The position numbers and the translations under genes were made by a program. A stretch of DNA of 37,895 bases from a virus. The notes beneath the pieces are model-generated. The model was not told the origin of the DNA, made no database searches, and saw nothing but the letters and a program-made list of their open reading frames with translations. This document shows positions 16,623 through 24,282 of the stretch, one piece after another. Within the stretch, counting starts at the first letter, position 1. Each line of letters begins with the position of its first letter. The stretch lies in the UHGV virus genome UHGV-0162601; one strand, given 5' to 3'.

Positions 16623-16997
16623 ATGAGTTTAGTTACTAAGATTAAAGAATTAGCAGATGAAAAGCATGTGACTATAGCAGAAGTAGAAAGACAGGTAGGC
16701 ATTTCTAATGGACAAATAAGAAGATGGGATAAAGCCTCACCAAAATCTGAGAACTTAAAGAAAGTTGCTGATTATTTTGGGGTCACAACTGATTATTTAT
16801 TGGGAAATAATAATGTTCCCAAATGGGCTACAAAAGAGGAAGTGGTTGAACTTGATAAACTACTAGACTCAAATGTTAATATGTCTTATGGTGGGGAAAC
16901 ATTGACACCCGAACAAATACAGCGCGTAAAAGATATCCTTATAGCGACTTTCTGGGATATTGTGAAAGAAGACAAAGAAAAAGGCAAAAAGATGTGA
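16623..16997 (+). CDS. ImmR/CI-like repressor (HTH_XRE, no S24 peptidase domain)
   Basis: HTH IAEVERQVGISNGQIRRWDKA. Followed by the ImmA-type protease gene. Confidence 0.8.
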   Translation: MSLVTKIKELADEKHVTIAEVERQVGISNGQIRRWDKASPKSENLKKVADYFGVTTDYLLGNNNVPKWATKEEVVELDKLLDSNVNMSYGGETLTPEQIQRVKDILIATFWDIVKEDKEKGKKM

Positions 16998-17001
16998 GCT
17001 T

Positions 17002-17430
17002 ATGGAGATGGATACGATTAATTTAGTCGAGGAGTTGAAGCGGAATTACCAGTCCGCTAATCCTTTTTATATTTGTGAAAAGATGGGCATTAAAATTCAA
17101 TACGTTCCTTTTATCGAAAATCCCAAAGGGCAGTTTCAAGAAATTAGAGATCGTGCAATAATCTTTTTAAATGATGAACTGCGAGACTCTGAGGAAAGAT
17201 TCTACATTTGCGCTCACGAATTAGGTCACGCTATTTTTCATCGTGGCTTATCCAGTTACTATGTATCGACAAGAACATCTAGAAGCAAATCTGAAAGCGA
17301 AGCTAATTGTTTTGCTGCTAATCTCATTGTTTCTCTATACAAAGAAGACAACGATCAATATCCTAAACGAATTGAGGAATTAAAAAATCTTTACGGACTT
17401 CCAGAAAGCGCTTATCGTTTTCTTATATAA
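17002..17430 (+). CDS. ImmA/IrrE-family metallopeptidase (anti-repressor protease)
   Basis: HEXXH motif HELGHAIFH. Paired with the XRE repressor. Confidence 0.8.
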   Translation: MEMDTINLVEELKRNYQSANPFYICEKMGIKIQYVPFIENPKGQFQEIRDRAIIFLNDELRDSEERFYICAHELGHAIFHRGLSSYYVSTRTSRSKSESEANCFAANLIVSLYKEDNDQYPKRIEELKNLYGLPESAYRFLI

Positions 17431-17513
17431 AAAAGCCCGTGCTGCAACACGGACTCTTTCCTCATATATGAGCTTCTACAAAAAAATCATATCATAGAAA
17501 TGAGGAAGAAAAA

Positions 17514-17975
17514 ATGGAAAAAGAGATTTTAATAAAATCTCCAGGAAAAACCTTGATCAAAGTAACTGATGATTCTATTTCAATTATTAGAAAAGGATTT
17601 ATAAATTTAGTTAATCAAGGTATTAAAGGAGAAAAAACTATTCCCTTTAAAAATATATCAGCAGTACAATTAAAAAAACCAGGTATGAGCAATGGTTATA
17701 TACAATTTACTCTGCTGGGTGGAAACGAAAGTCGTGGAGGAATATTAGCAGCCACGAAAGATGAAAACACCATTATGTTTACAAAAAAATATTGGAATGA
17801 AATGGAGAATTTAAAAAAATATATAGAGAAGCAACAATCTATATTAGATAATAATTCCAAAGAAACACAAATTTCAAGTGCAGATGAAATTAAAAAGTAT
17901 AAAGAGTTGTTGGATGAAGGTATTATTAATCAGGACGAATTTGATTTTAAGAAAAAAGAACTGCTTGGTTTGTAA
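17514..17975 (+). CDS. hypothetical protein with C-terminal SHOCT-like domain
   Basis: C-terminus EIKKYKELLDEGIINQDEFDFKKKELLGL matches the SHOCT pattern. Confidence 0.5.
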   Translation: MEKEILIKSPGKTLIKVTDDSISIIRKGFINLVNQGIKGEKTIPFKNISAVQLKKPGMSNGYIQFTLLGGNESRGGILAATKDENTIMFTKKYWNEMENLKKYIEKQQSILDNNSKETQISSADEIKKYKELLDEGIINQDEFDFKKKELLGL

Positions 17976-18008
17976 TATTAACTATCAAAAGAAAAGGATG
18001 TTTTATTA

Positions 18009-18644
18009 ATGGACGGTATATTCGGTTTTACTGGTATTGTTTTATTTTTTATAGGTTTAATCATGTTGATTGTAAGATTTATCAAAAAAACAAATAAGAA
18101 AACACCTATGATTCTCCTTATTATCGGGATTATTTTTACTGCCGTAGGTTTCTCACTTTCCTCATCAAACGAGGCAAATGACAATAACAAACAGGAAAGC
18201 TCATCATCTGAGACTCAAACTACTACATCTAACAGCAGCAATAAAAGCCTAACTCAATTTGAAGAATTTTTAGAGGCAAATAATCATGACTGGGGTGCTT
18301 TCTTAGATAGTTATTATTCTATTACTCCAGCTACTGAGCAAAATACAGCTTTTACTAAATATATTAGTGGTAAAACATATACTTTTGAAGGAACTGTTAT
18401 CGAATCAATGACTACTAGAATAGCCATTATAGCAGACAAAGAGTACGATGATAAAAGTTGGAGTGATATTTCTACAACACCTAAAGTTTCATATGTAATT
18501 TTTGCTAAGGACGTAAACAATGCTGATACCTTTACAAAAGGCGATAAAGTAACTTTTACAGGAGAAATTAGTTCAAGAGGATCGAACATAGAAAAATCCT
18601 ATGCTCAATGGGATATGATTAATAGTAAAGTAAGTAAAAAATAA
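18009..18644 (+). CDS. membrane-anchored protein (2 N-terminal TM helices + extracellular Ser/Thr-rich linker + domain); superinfection-exclusion candidate
   Basis: Hydrophobic segments at residues 5-25 and 35-55. Located in the lysogeny module. Confidence 0.5.
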   Translation: MDGIFGFTGIVLFFIGLIMLIVRFIKKTNKKTPMILLIIGIIFTAVGFSLSSSNEANDNNKQESSSSETQTTTSNSSNKSLTQFEEFLEANNHDWGAFLDSYYSITPATEQNTAFTKYISGKTYTFEGTVIESMTTRIAIIADKEYDDKSWSDISTTPKVSYVIFAKDVNNADTFTKGDKVTFTGEISSRGSNIEKSYAQWDMINSKVSKK

Positions 18645-18756
18645 ATGAACCACGCCCCACTAAGAGTTAGATTGTGCACAATAATAAAACCTATACAAAA
18701 GAGTGCCATCAGGAGTCACAATGCTTGTAAAGGAAATGACAAAATAGGAGGTAACT

Positions 18757-19392
18757 ATGGATAATAGCAATGAAAAACTAACCAAAAAAGAATATCTTGA
18801 ATTAATAGTTGAAGGCGGTATTGGAGCAATTCCTTATATTGGTGGCGTTGTGCAGTCACTTTATTTTGGGTCTAAAAACGAGAAGCGTTTCAAACGCATC
18901 GAGAAATTCTACAAAAATTTAAACGAATCATTAGAAAACATTCGCGATCAAATTCCAGAAGATGTTTTCAACTTAGAGAACAAGGACCAACTCATTGGAA
19001 TATTCGAAGGGATAAATGACGAGGTAGAAAAATCAAAGGCACAAAATAAAATAGATATGTATAAAAATCTTTATAAGAATTGTTTACTTCGAATTAACAA
19101 CGCTTCATGGGATAACGAGGAGTATTATCTTCTTGTACTGAATCAATTAACATCGATTGAGATTCAATTGTTAGCATGCTTAATGAGTCGTGGAAACGAA
19201 AATTTCACTGGAAATATCAGCATGTCTGGCTATTCACAAGAGCTAATAGATGGTAGCTTAAATAGATTATCTGATTTTGGTCTGTTAGAAAAAACGATTA
19301 GCTCCATAGTATTAGGTGATGTCGGCAAACAAAATATGGGCTACAAAATATCTCATTTAGGAATTCAATTTATTAACTCAACTCTTACTTAA
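18757..19392 (+). CDS. hypothetical protein (lysogeny-module cargo; Abi-like candidate)
   Basis: 211 aa, RBS GGAGG. Confidence 0.45.
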   Translation: MDNSNEKLTKKEYLELIVEGGIGAIPYIGGVVQSLYFGSKNEKRFKRIEKFYKNLNESLENIRDQIPEDVFNLENKDQLIGIFEGINDEVEKSKAQNKIDMYKNLYKNCLLRINNASWDNEEYYLLVLNQLTSIEIQLLACLMSRGNENFTGNISMSGYSQELIDGSLNRLSDFGLLEKTISSIVLGDVGKQNMGYKISHLGIQFINSTLT

Positions 19393-19519
19393 GTTTTCTT
19401 TCTAATATGACATCTAGACCTATCAGCAATGCAACAATAAAAAACCAGACATACCAATAATCAACAAATAATCTAAACTCTGGAAGTTCAGTTATTCTTT
19501 TAAAAATCACTTTAATCAT
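19385..19519 (-). CDS. 44-aa hydrophobic peptide MIKVIFKRITELPEFRLFVDYWYVWFFIVALLIGLDVILERKLK
   Basis: RBS GAGGTG 7 nt upstream. Convergent with 18757..19392. Confidence 0.3.
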   Translation of the reverse strand: MIKVIFKRITELPEFRLFVDYWYVWFFIVALLIGLDVILERKLK

Positions 19520-19586
19520 AATAAACACCTCTGATTGGATGATCTAATACACATCCAATTATACCATTAAAACGACAAATAGCACA

Positions 19587-19632
19587 TCCTTGCGCCGGCA
19601 AGCAAAAAGGATGTGCAAAAAATAATAAAACC
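19587..19632. repeat. perfect 10-bp inverted repeat gcacatcctt ... aaggatgtgc with a 14-nt GC-rich loop
   Basis: Seen directly in sequence, upstream of int. Confidence 0.5.
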
Positions 19633-19690
19633 CAAACAATGGGCTTCTTTATAGTTCCTATTGTATCAGAGAAAGAGAGCTGATTCAATT

Positions 19691-20830
19691 ATGGCAAGAT
19701 TAGTCAAACGTGGAAATAGTTGGCAATACGAAATTTCATACAAAAAAGATGACGGAAAATACACGAAGATAAGAAAATCAGGATTCAAGACAAAAGGCGA
19801 AGCAAAAGATGCCGCCAACGAATTAGAATATAACCTAAACAAAGGCCTTAAAGGGGATCGCAAAAATCTATTATTATCAGACTACTTTGAGGATTGGATG
19901 CAACTTTATAAAGAAGGAACAGTATCTCCTATCACTTATAGAAAATACGAAGATACGTTAATGAACATAAAGAAATATATGCCAGCGGTATTGATTTCTG
20001 ATTTAGATAGAGTTGGATATCAACGCTTTTTAAATAAGTATGCTAAAGACCATGTAAAATCTACCGTTATTAAGTTTAATAACCATATTAGAGCGTCGTT
20101 GAAAGATGCCGTAGAAGAAGGATTAATTCCGTTTGATCCAACTAGAAAAGCAGTAATCAAAGGAAAAGATTCATTGAAGCCAAAAGAAGATAAATATTTA
20201 GATTATGATCAATTTAAATCTTTAATGAAACTCGTAGAAGAAAACCTTTCTGCGCAGTACTCTTCTCCTATGCTCGTGTTAGTTGCTGGTGCCACTGGAA
20301 TGCGATTTGCTGAACTTCTAGGATTAACATGGGAAGATATCGATTTCGAAGATCAAATCATCACTATTAATAAAACATGGAATTATAAATTAAATGAATG
20401 GGGAAAAACAAAAAACGAAACTTCAAATAGGAAAATTTCCATTGATAAACATACGATTGATCTCTTAAAAAAGTTTAAAATCAATCAAAAAGAATTATTC
20501 GAGAATTTTGAAATCAAAAACCCTCATAATTTTGTTTTTTTCAACTTAAAAAATGGATTAGTTTCATCAAACGCCGTCAGCAAATATTTGCGCAAAAAAT
20601 TAAAAGAATTAGGGATTGAAAAGCAATTTACTTTGCATGGACTAAGGCATACACATGCATCTATTTTACTTTATCAAGGAGTAAATATACTTAGCGTATC
20701 GAAACGTTTAGGACATAGCAGTTTAGAAACTACAATGTCTACTTATCTTCATATTGTTCGAGAGCTTGAAGATCAGGATAAAGAAAAAATCAATGCTGTG
20801 TTCGATAGTTTATATAAAAATGATAACTAG
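19691..20830 (+). CDS. int: tyrosine integrase (phage integrase family)
   Basis: N-terminal SAM-like domain and C-terminal catalytic R...HGLRHTHASILLYQG...Y motifs. Confidence 0.9.
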   Translation: MARLVKRGNSWQYEISYKKDDGKYTKIRKSGFKTKGEAKDAANELEYNLNKGLKGDRKNLLLSDYFEDWMQLYKEGTVSPITYRKYEDTLMNIKKYMPAVLISDLDRVGYQRFLNKYAKDHVKSTVIKFNNHIRASLKDAVEEGLIPFDPTRKAVIKGKDSLKPKEDKYLDYDQFKSLMKLVEENLSAQYSSPMLVLVAGATGMRFAELLGLTWEDIDFEDQIITINKTWNYKLNEWGKTKNETSNRKISIDKHTIDLLKKFKINQKELFENFEIKNPHNFVFFNLKNGLVSSNAVSKYLRKKLKELGIEKQFTLHGLRHTHASILLYQGVNILSVSKRLGHSSLETTMSTYLHIVRELEDQDKEKINAVFDSLYKNDN

Positions 20831-21024
20831 TTTGGCACATTTTTGGCACAAATACAAAACAAACCCCTGTATCACAAAGGATACAGGGGTTATTTGTACG
20901 TTCCTGACTAACTATTACATGTCTTCTATTGTGTTTGTTATTATAAGAAATGTTATCATAATAGGATTCCTTTTTGTTTGTGTTTTATTAAATTCGATTT
21001 TTTTTGGCACATAATTTGGCACAA
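20831..21024. other. attP-like region: two pairs of TTTGGCACA direct repeats (20831, 20842; 21003, 21016) flanking about 150 bp that should contain the core
   Basis: Four identical 9-mers spaced 11 and 13 bp within each pair, immediately downstream of int. Confidence 0.5.
20864..20897 (+). terminator. int terminator (10-bp stem cccctgtatc/gatacagggg, loop acaaag, then ttatttgt)
   Basis: Perfect 10-bp stem. Confidence 0.7.
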
Positions 21025-21110
21025 GTACTTTTTCATCTATTTGTTTGTATAATAAATTCCACCTTTACAAAAAGAACATTAGTTCGTATACTCTTCTCGA
21101 GGTGATCTTT

Positions 21111-21341
21111 ATGATGGAAGAATTTATTAGAAAAAATATTAGTGATGAATATGCAGATTTTTATGAGCAAAGCAACGAAAAAGACAAATTCCAGATGGAT
21201 GTTTCAATTTTAGCTATATTAGCTTTTTCCGAAAATAACCAACCTGTAACTGCAAAAAAAGAAACAGTATTCTCTGAAGGCAAAATAAAAACTCGATATA
21301 TATTAGAGGTAGAAACTAAGTTTAAAAATAGATCGGAGTAA
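21111..21341 (+). CDS. hypothetical small acidic protein (start MMEEFIRKN after GAGGTGA)
   Basis: ORF with RBS. TAATG overlap with the next gene. Confidence 0.45.
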   Translation: MMEEFIRKNISDEYADFYEQSNEKDKFQMDVSILAILAFSENNQPVTAKKETVFSEGKIKTRYILEVETKFKNRSE

Positions 21342-21646
21342 TGGTTATGCTTTTTAATGAGACGCAATTATGGTTTAAATTTGATCCTTCGAATAGATTT
21401 GTCAAAGATTTTTATAAGGTGTGGGATTCAGAAGTTTTCTTTTTAGCAATCGAAGATAGCTTATTAATCAATCTCTACTATTCTAATAAGAACTACTTTA
21501 AAATCCCTGCTGCGAAAACCAGAATGAAGAAAGATGTGTATTTTTTGTTTGATATCGTGACTGACGTGCCGGATACACGGAGCGATCATCGGCGTTATGA
21601 CTATATAAAGTATACTTTCGTTGATCCGGAAAGGTATAAAGATTAA
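21341..21646 (+). CDS. hypothetical protein, translationally coupled to 21111..21341
   Basis: ATG overlaps the upstream TAA. A hairpin follows. Confidence 0.5.
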   Translation: MVMLFNETQLWFKFDPSNRFVKDFYKVWDSEVFFLAIEDSLLINLYYSNKNYFKIPAAKTRMKKDVYFLFDIVTDVPDTRSDHRRYDYIKYTFVDPERYKD

Positions 21647-21650
21647 AGTA

Positions 21651-21670
21651 GGCTACCTAAAAAGGTAGCC
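21651..21670 (+). terminator. hairpin ggctacc-taaaaa-ggtagcc (weak T-run)
   Basis: 7-bp stem after the stop of 21341..21646. Confidence 0.35.
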
Positions 21671-21897
21671 CGGAACGGATTTTATCACCATACTTATGAA
21701 AGGAGATATTTTTTAAGTTAGTATTAAGATTGTGTAATATGATGACGTTATCATTTTAACATAATTAAATTTATTTTTTTATTTTTTTTATACTTATAAA
21801 TTAAAATAAAGAAATAAAGTGCATATCAAATATGTTTGAAAAATAATTTCAATTATAGATTAACTTCCCTATATAACATGTCAAAAAACATAAGATA

Positions 21898-22161
21898 TTA
21901 ACCTATTGCAAAAAATAATAATATAAAATATCCTACAGGGATAATATTTAACAACAATCCACATACTGAGATAACTTTTTCAATAAGACTACTATTTTTA
22001 CTTAATGACCAAATAGAAAGTATAAATCCTATTACTCCCATTAATAAAACAGGAATGAGACTAGAAAATAGCATACCAAACCAGGTTGTAAAAATTTCTA
22101 TACTTACTAATATTCCTATTAATAAACTGAGAATATTGATAAATTTAAATCTTTTATCCAT
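21898..22161 (-). CDS. small 3-TM membrane protein
   Basis: 87 aa, very hydrophobic, RBS AAGGAGG. Confidence 0.55.
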   Translation of the reverse strand: MDKRFKFINILSLLIGILVSIEIFTTWFGMLFSSLIPVLLMGVIGFILSIWSLSKNSSLIEKVISVCGLLLNIIPVGYFILLFFAIG

Positions 22162-22199
22162 AAAAGTTCCTCCTTAATGGTAACTAAATTTTTATGTGC

Positions 22200-22290
22200 C
22201 CTGTAGAATTAAAACCTCCAATCAGATAGTTATAAGCCATCTGATCTGACCAGCTGAGCTAAAGGTACGGAAAGCCATCACAACTACTGC
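22200..22290 (-). other. tRNA-like fragment: D-arm consensus TAGCTCAGCTGGT plus an anticodon-arm-like hairpin (gatgg-cttataa-ctatc); no T-arm
   Basis: Minus-strand ttagctcagctggtcaga. Incomplete cloverleaf. Confidence 0.2.
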
Positions 22291-22351
22291 AAACAAAAAG
22301 AATGGACATAGACTAGATAATAATGGGTTTCATTCTTCATGTTGTGATGGC
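22274..22351. repeat. 11-bp perfect inverted repeat gccatcacaac ... gttgtgatggc (56-nt spacer with an inner agaatg/cattct pair)
   Basis: Seen directly in sequence. Leader region of the membrane-protein gene. Confidence 0.45.
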
Positions 22352-22441
22352 ATATTTATTATTACACATTTAATAGCAAAAAACTAGATTGTACTTATTC
22401 TTTGTAAAAGATATTATTTTATGCTATTATTTCCAAGTCAT

Positions 22442-22516
22442 AAAAAGAAAAAAGCTTCAGATACTTATCTTTTTGGGGAAAGACTCTAGGGTGAGGGAGT
22501 ATCTGAAGCTTTTTTC
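22442..22516. terminator. bidirectional terminator: A-run, 14-bp stem aagcttcagatact / agtatctgaagctt, T-run
   Basis: Perfect 14-bp stem with a 32-nt loop, flanked by A6+ and T6. Confidence 0.55.
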
Positions 22517-22581
22517 TATGTTCATTATCTCACATAGTTATTTTTTAGTCTATTATTTGATTAGATTTTTCAGAAAAAATG

Positions 22582-22618
22582 AAAAAACCTCAGCCAAGGA
22601 TGATTGGTTGAGGTTTTT
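22582..22618. terminator. bidirectional terminator: A6, 10-bp stem cctcagccaa / ttggttgagg (1 G-U), loop ggatga, T5
   Basis: Directly downstream of the three-gene operon. Confidence 0.65.
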
Positions 22619-22657
22619 GTCTTGCAAATTTAAATAGATAACTCTATTACTTGTATT

Positions 22658-23056
22658 TTATTTTTGTTGACTATATAGCTGATATAAATCAATAACTGTA
22701 GGCATAACTCCTACTTCGCTATATAAATTAGAAATCAAATTAGAAGCTTTATTCAGGATAGGTTTAGCTAGCTCTCCCATAGATTCTTCTACTAATTTTT
22801 TATATGGCTGTTCATTTGTAGAAACACGAATAACTGAAAAGAGTAAAATATCTACCGGTGCTCCTTCCATCCCCCCTACAATGTGAGCTCGTAAAGAAAC
22901 AAGTTTTTTTTCTAGATACTCTGCTTCGTCTTCTTTATATCCAAGTTCAATATTAAACTCTAAATCTCCATAACTAAAATTATCAGTTAATTCAAAATGA
23001 ATTTTATTCAAACTAATATTTTCAAGTGCAAAAGTAACACTATTTCCTTTATCCAT
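22658..23056 (-). CDS. SecB-like chaperone (third gene of a TAC-type module)
   Basis: By-eye alignment to E. coli SecB: SVTFALENISLNKIHFE vs EMTFQIQRIYTKDISFE, and LAKPILNKASNLISNLYSEVGVMPTVIDLYQLY vs [36 protein letters not shown]. Confidence 0.6.
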   Translation of the reverse strand: MDKGNSVTFALENISLNKIHFELTDNFSYGDLEFNIELGYKEDEAEYLEKKLVSLRAHIVGGMEGAPVDILLFSVIRVSTNEQPYKKLVEESMGELAKPILNKASNLISNLYSEVGVMPTVIDLYQLYSQQK

Positions 23057-23501
23057 GTACATATACCTCTTTTTCTACAATATAGCGGCTCGTATCTTGG
23101 TAATTAACACTAGCATAGACCATATTTGACGATACTTCTTTTCTCTTTCTACTTTTAAATACTGAGTAACTTTTATTCCGAATATAAGGTTTATTTTCAA
23201 TACGGTCATATTTAATAGGGCCGCCAGCAACCTTAATAGTGAAATTCATTGAATCTTTATAGGACAAATTTTCAACTTGTTTCAAAAGTTTATTGTACTC
23301 TGCAACAGGAATATGCATATCTCCGAACTCAAATTCAAGATATTTTTTTTCACTTATTCCTAACATTTTTGAGAATTCTGTCACGTTTTTTTGTTTTTTT
23401 AATCTTATTTTAAGTAATTGTTTGGACAGGTTTCTTTGTTCAGAATTTAATTTTTTATATAAATCAGGATGTTTTTTTAATAAATCATTAATAGATTTCA
23501 T
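23049..23501 (-). CDS. HigA-like HTH_XRE antitoxin with about 75-aa C-terminal extension (chaperone-addiction-like)
   Basis: HTH LLKIRLKKQKNVTEFSKMLGISEKKYLEFEFGD. Aromatic/basic C-terminal tail ...YIVEKEVYVHG. RBS GGGGAGG. Overlaps both neighbours. Confidence 0.55.
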   Translation of the reverse strand: MKSINDLLKKHPDLYKKLNSEQRNLSKQLLKIRLKKQKNVTEFSKMLGISEKKYLEFEFGDMHIPVAEYNKLLKQVENLSYKDSMNFTIKVAGGPIKYDRIENKPYIRNKSYSVFKSRKRKEVSSNMVYASVNYQDTSRYIVEKEVYVHG

Positions 23502-23994
23502 TCAACTTTTCCTCCCCTATCCAGTAATTCTCTTCCCCATTGCATACTTTCTTACATATATCATCACTTTCTGTAGCAGCTTGACGGGTTTTATCCGAAT
23601 TGATTGTTCCATTTTTCGTAAAACCGAATGTTAATGCAGTAGTCGCAGTAGCATCTTCTATAGAATTGTATACGAAAAAAACAATTCTATAATGCTCATA
23701 TGTATCATCTAGTCTTATTTCATAACTAAATTTATGATAAAAAAGTTCTTTTACTATTTCCGATCTTTGGAGTATTCCCATCCGATTTCTTAAGCTTAGC
23801 TCAATAGGTGTTTTTATTGGAGAATCATTTTCACCAATTAATTTATTTTTTTTAACAGAGTAAATTTCAAGATATTTTAATACTTGTAAAAAATTATCTG
23901 TAAGATGTTCATCTTCAAAGATAGTTTCTTCGAGATATTTAATCGCCAATTCTAAATTGCTATCATTTTGTTGAACCAACCACTTAATGTCCAT
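23488..23994 (-). CDS. HigB/Gp49-like (RelE/ParE superfamily) toxin with N-terminal extension
   Basis: C-terminal core YEIRLDDTYEHYRIVFFVYNS...TALTFGFTKNGTINSDKTRQAA aligns by eye with M. tuberculosis HigB1 LELRWHEANNHFRVLFFRWGQHPVALTAFYKNQQKTPKTKIETA. Confidence 0.55.
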   Translation of the reverse strand: MDIKWLVQQNDSNLELAIKYLEETIFEDEHLTDNFLQVLKYLEIYSVKKNKLIGENDSPIKTPIELSLRNRMGILQRSEIVKELFYHKFSYEIRLDDTYEHYRIVFFVYNSIEDATATTALTFGFTKNGTINSDKTRQAATESDDICKKVCNGEENYWIGEEKLNEIY

Positions 23995-24257
23995 CTCACT
24001 AAACCACCTGTTTCAATATTAGTAAATATTACTATATGTATAAGCATATTATATATATTTGTATCTTATTTTAAGTTTAACTATAGTACATCCTGCTTGT
24101 CAATAAAAATTAGCTTATTTTATAAGCAATTTAGTTAACATAATGTAATAAGGTAGAAATGTTTAAATACTGAAAATAAATTACAATTGTATTACCAAAC
24201 TAGTTTACGCTTTTGATTACAAATTAGCTAATAATATGCGCTAATTTATATATGTAC

Positions 24258-24282
24258 CGCCCCTCATCGAGGGGCTTTTTTT
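24258..24282. terminator. hairpin gcccctc-atc-gaggggc + T7 (A/T-rich on both sides) right after the endolysin stop
   Basis: 7-bp GC stem. ttttttt on plus; the endolysin stop codon is embedded in the run. Confidence 0.55.

Noticed and set aside
19661-20830. Interpretation as an integrated prophage with bacterial flanking DNA
   Set aside because: Phage modules lie on both sides of int, attP-like arm repeats are intact next to int, and the two window ends join in frame. This is consistent with a phage or excised circular genome instead.
22389-22637. 82-aa plus-strand ORF
   Set aside because: Its sequence is made of the two bidirectional terminator hairpins and A/T runs. Not coding.
24100-24250. 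TTAGCT-containing motifs upstream of the TAC operon as extra repressor operators
   Set aside because: Only single half-site-like matches (aattagctaat, gcgctaattta) and no palindromic pair like the switch-region operators. Too weak to claim.
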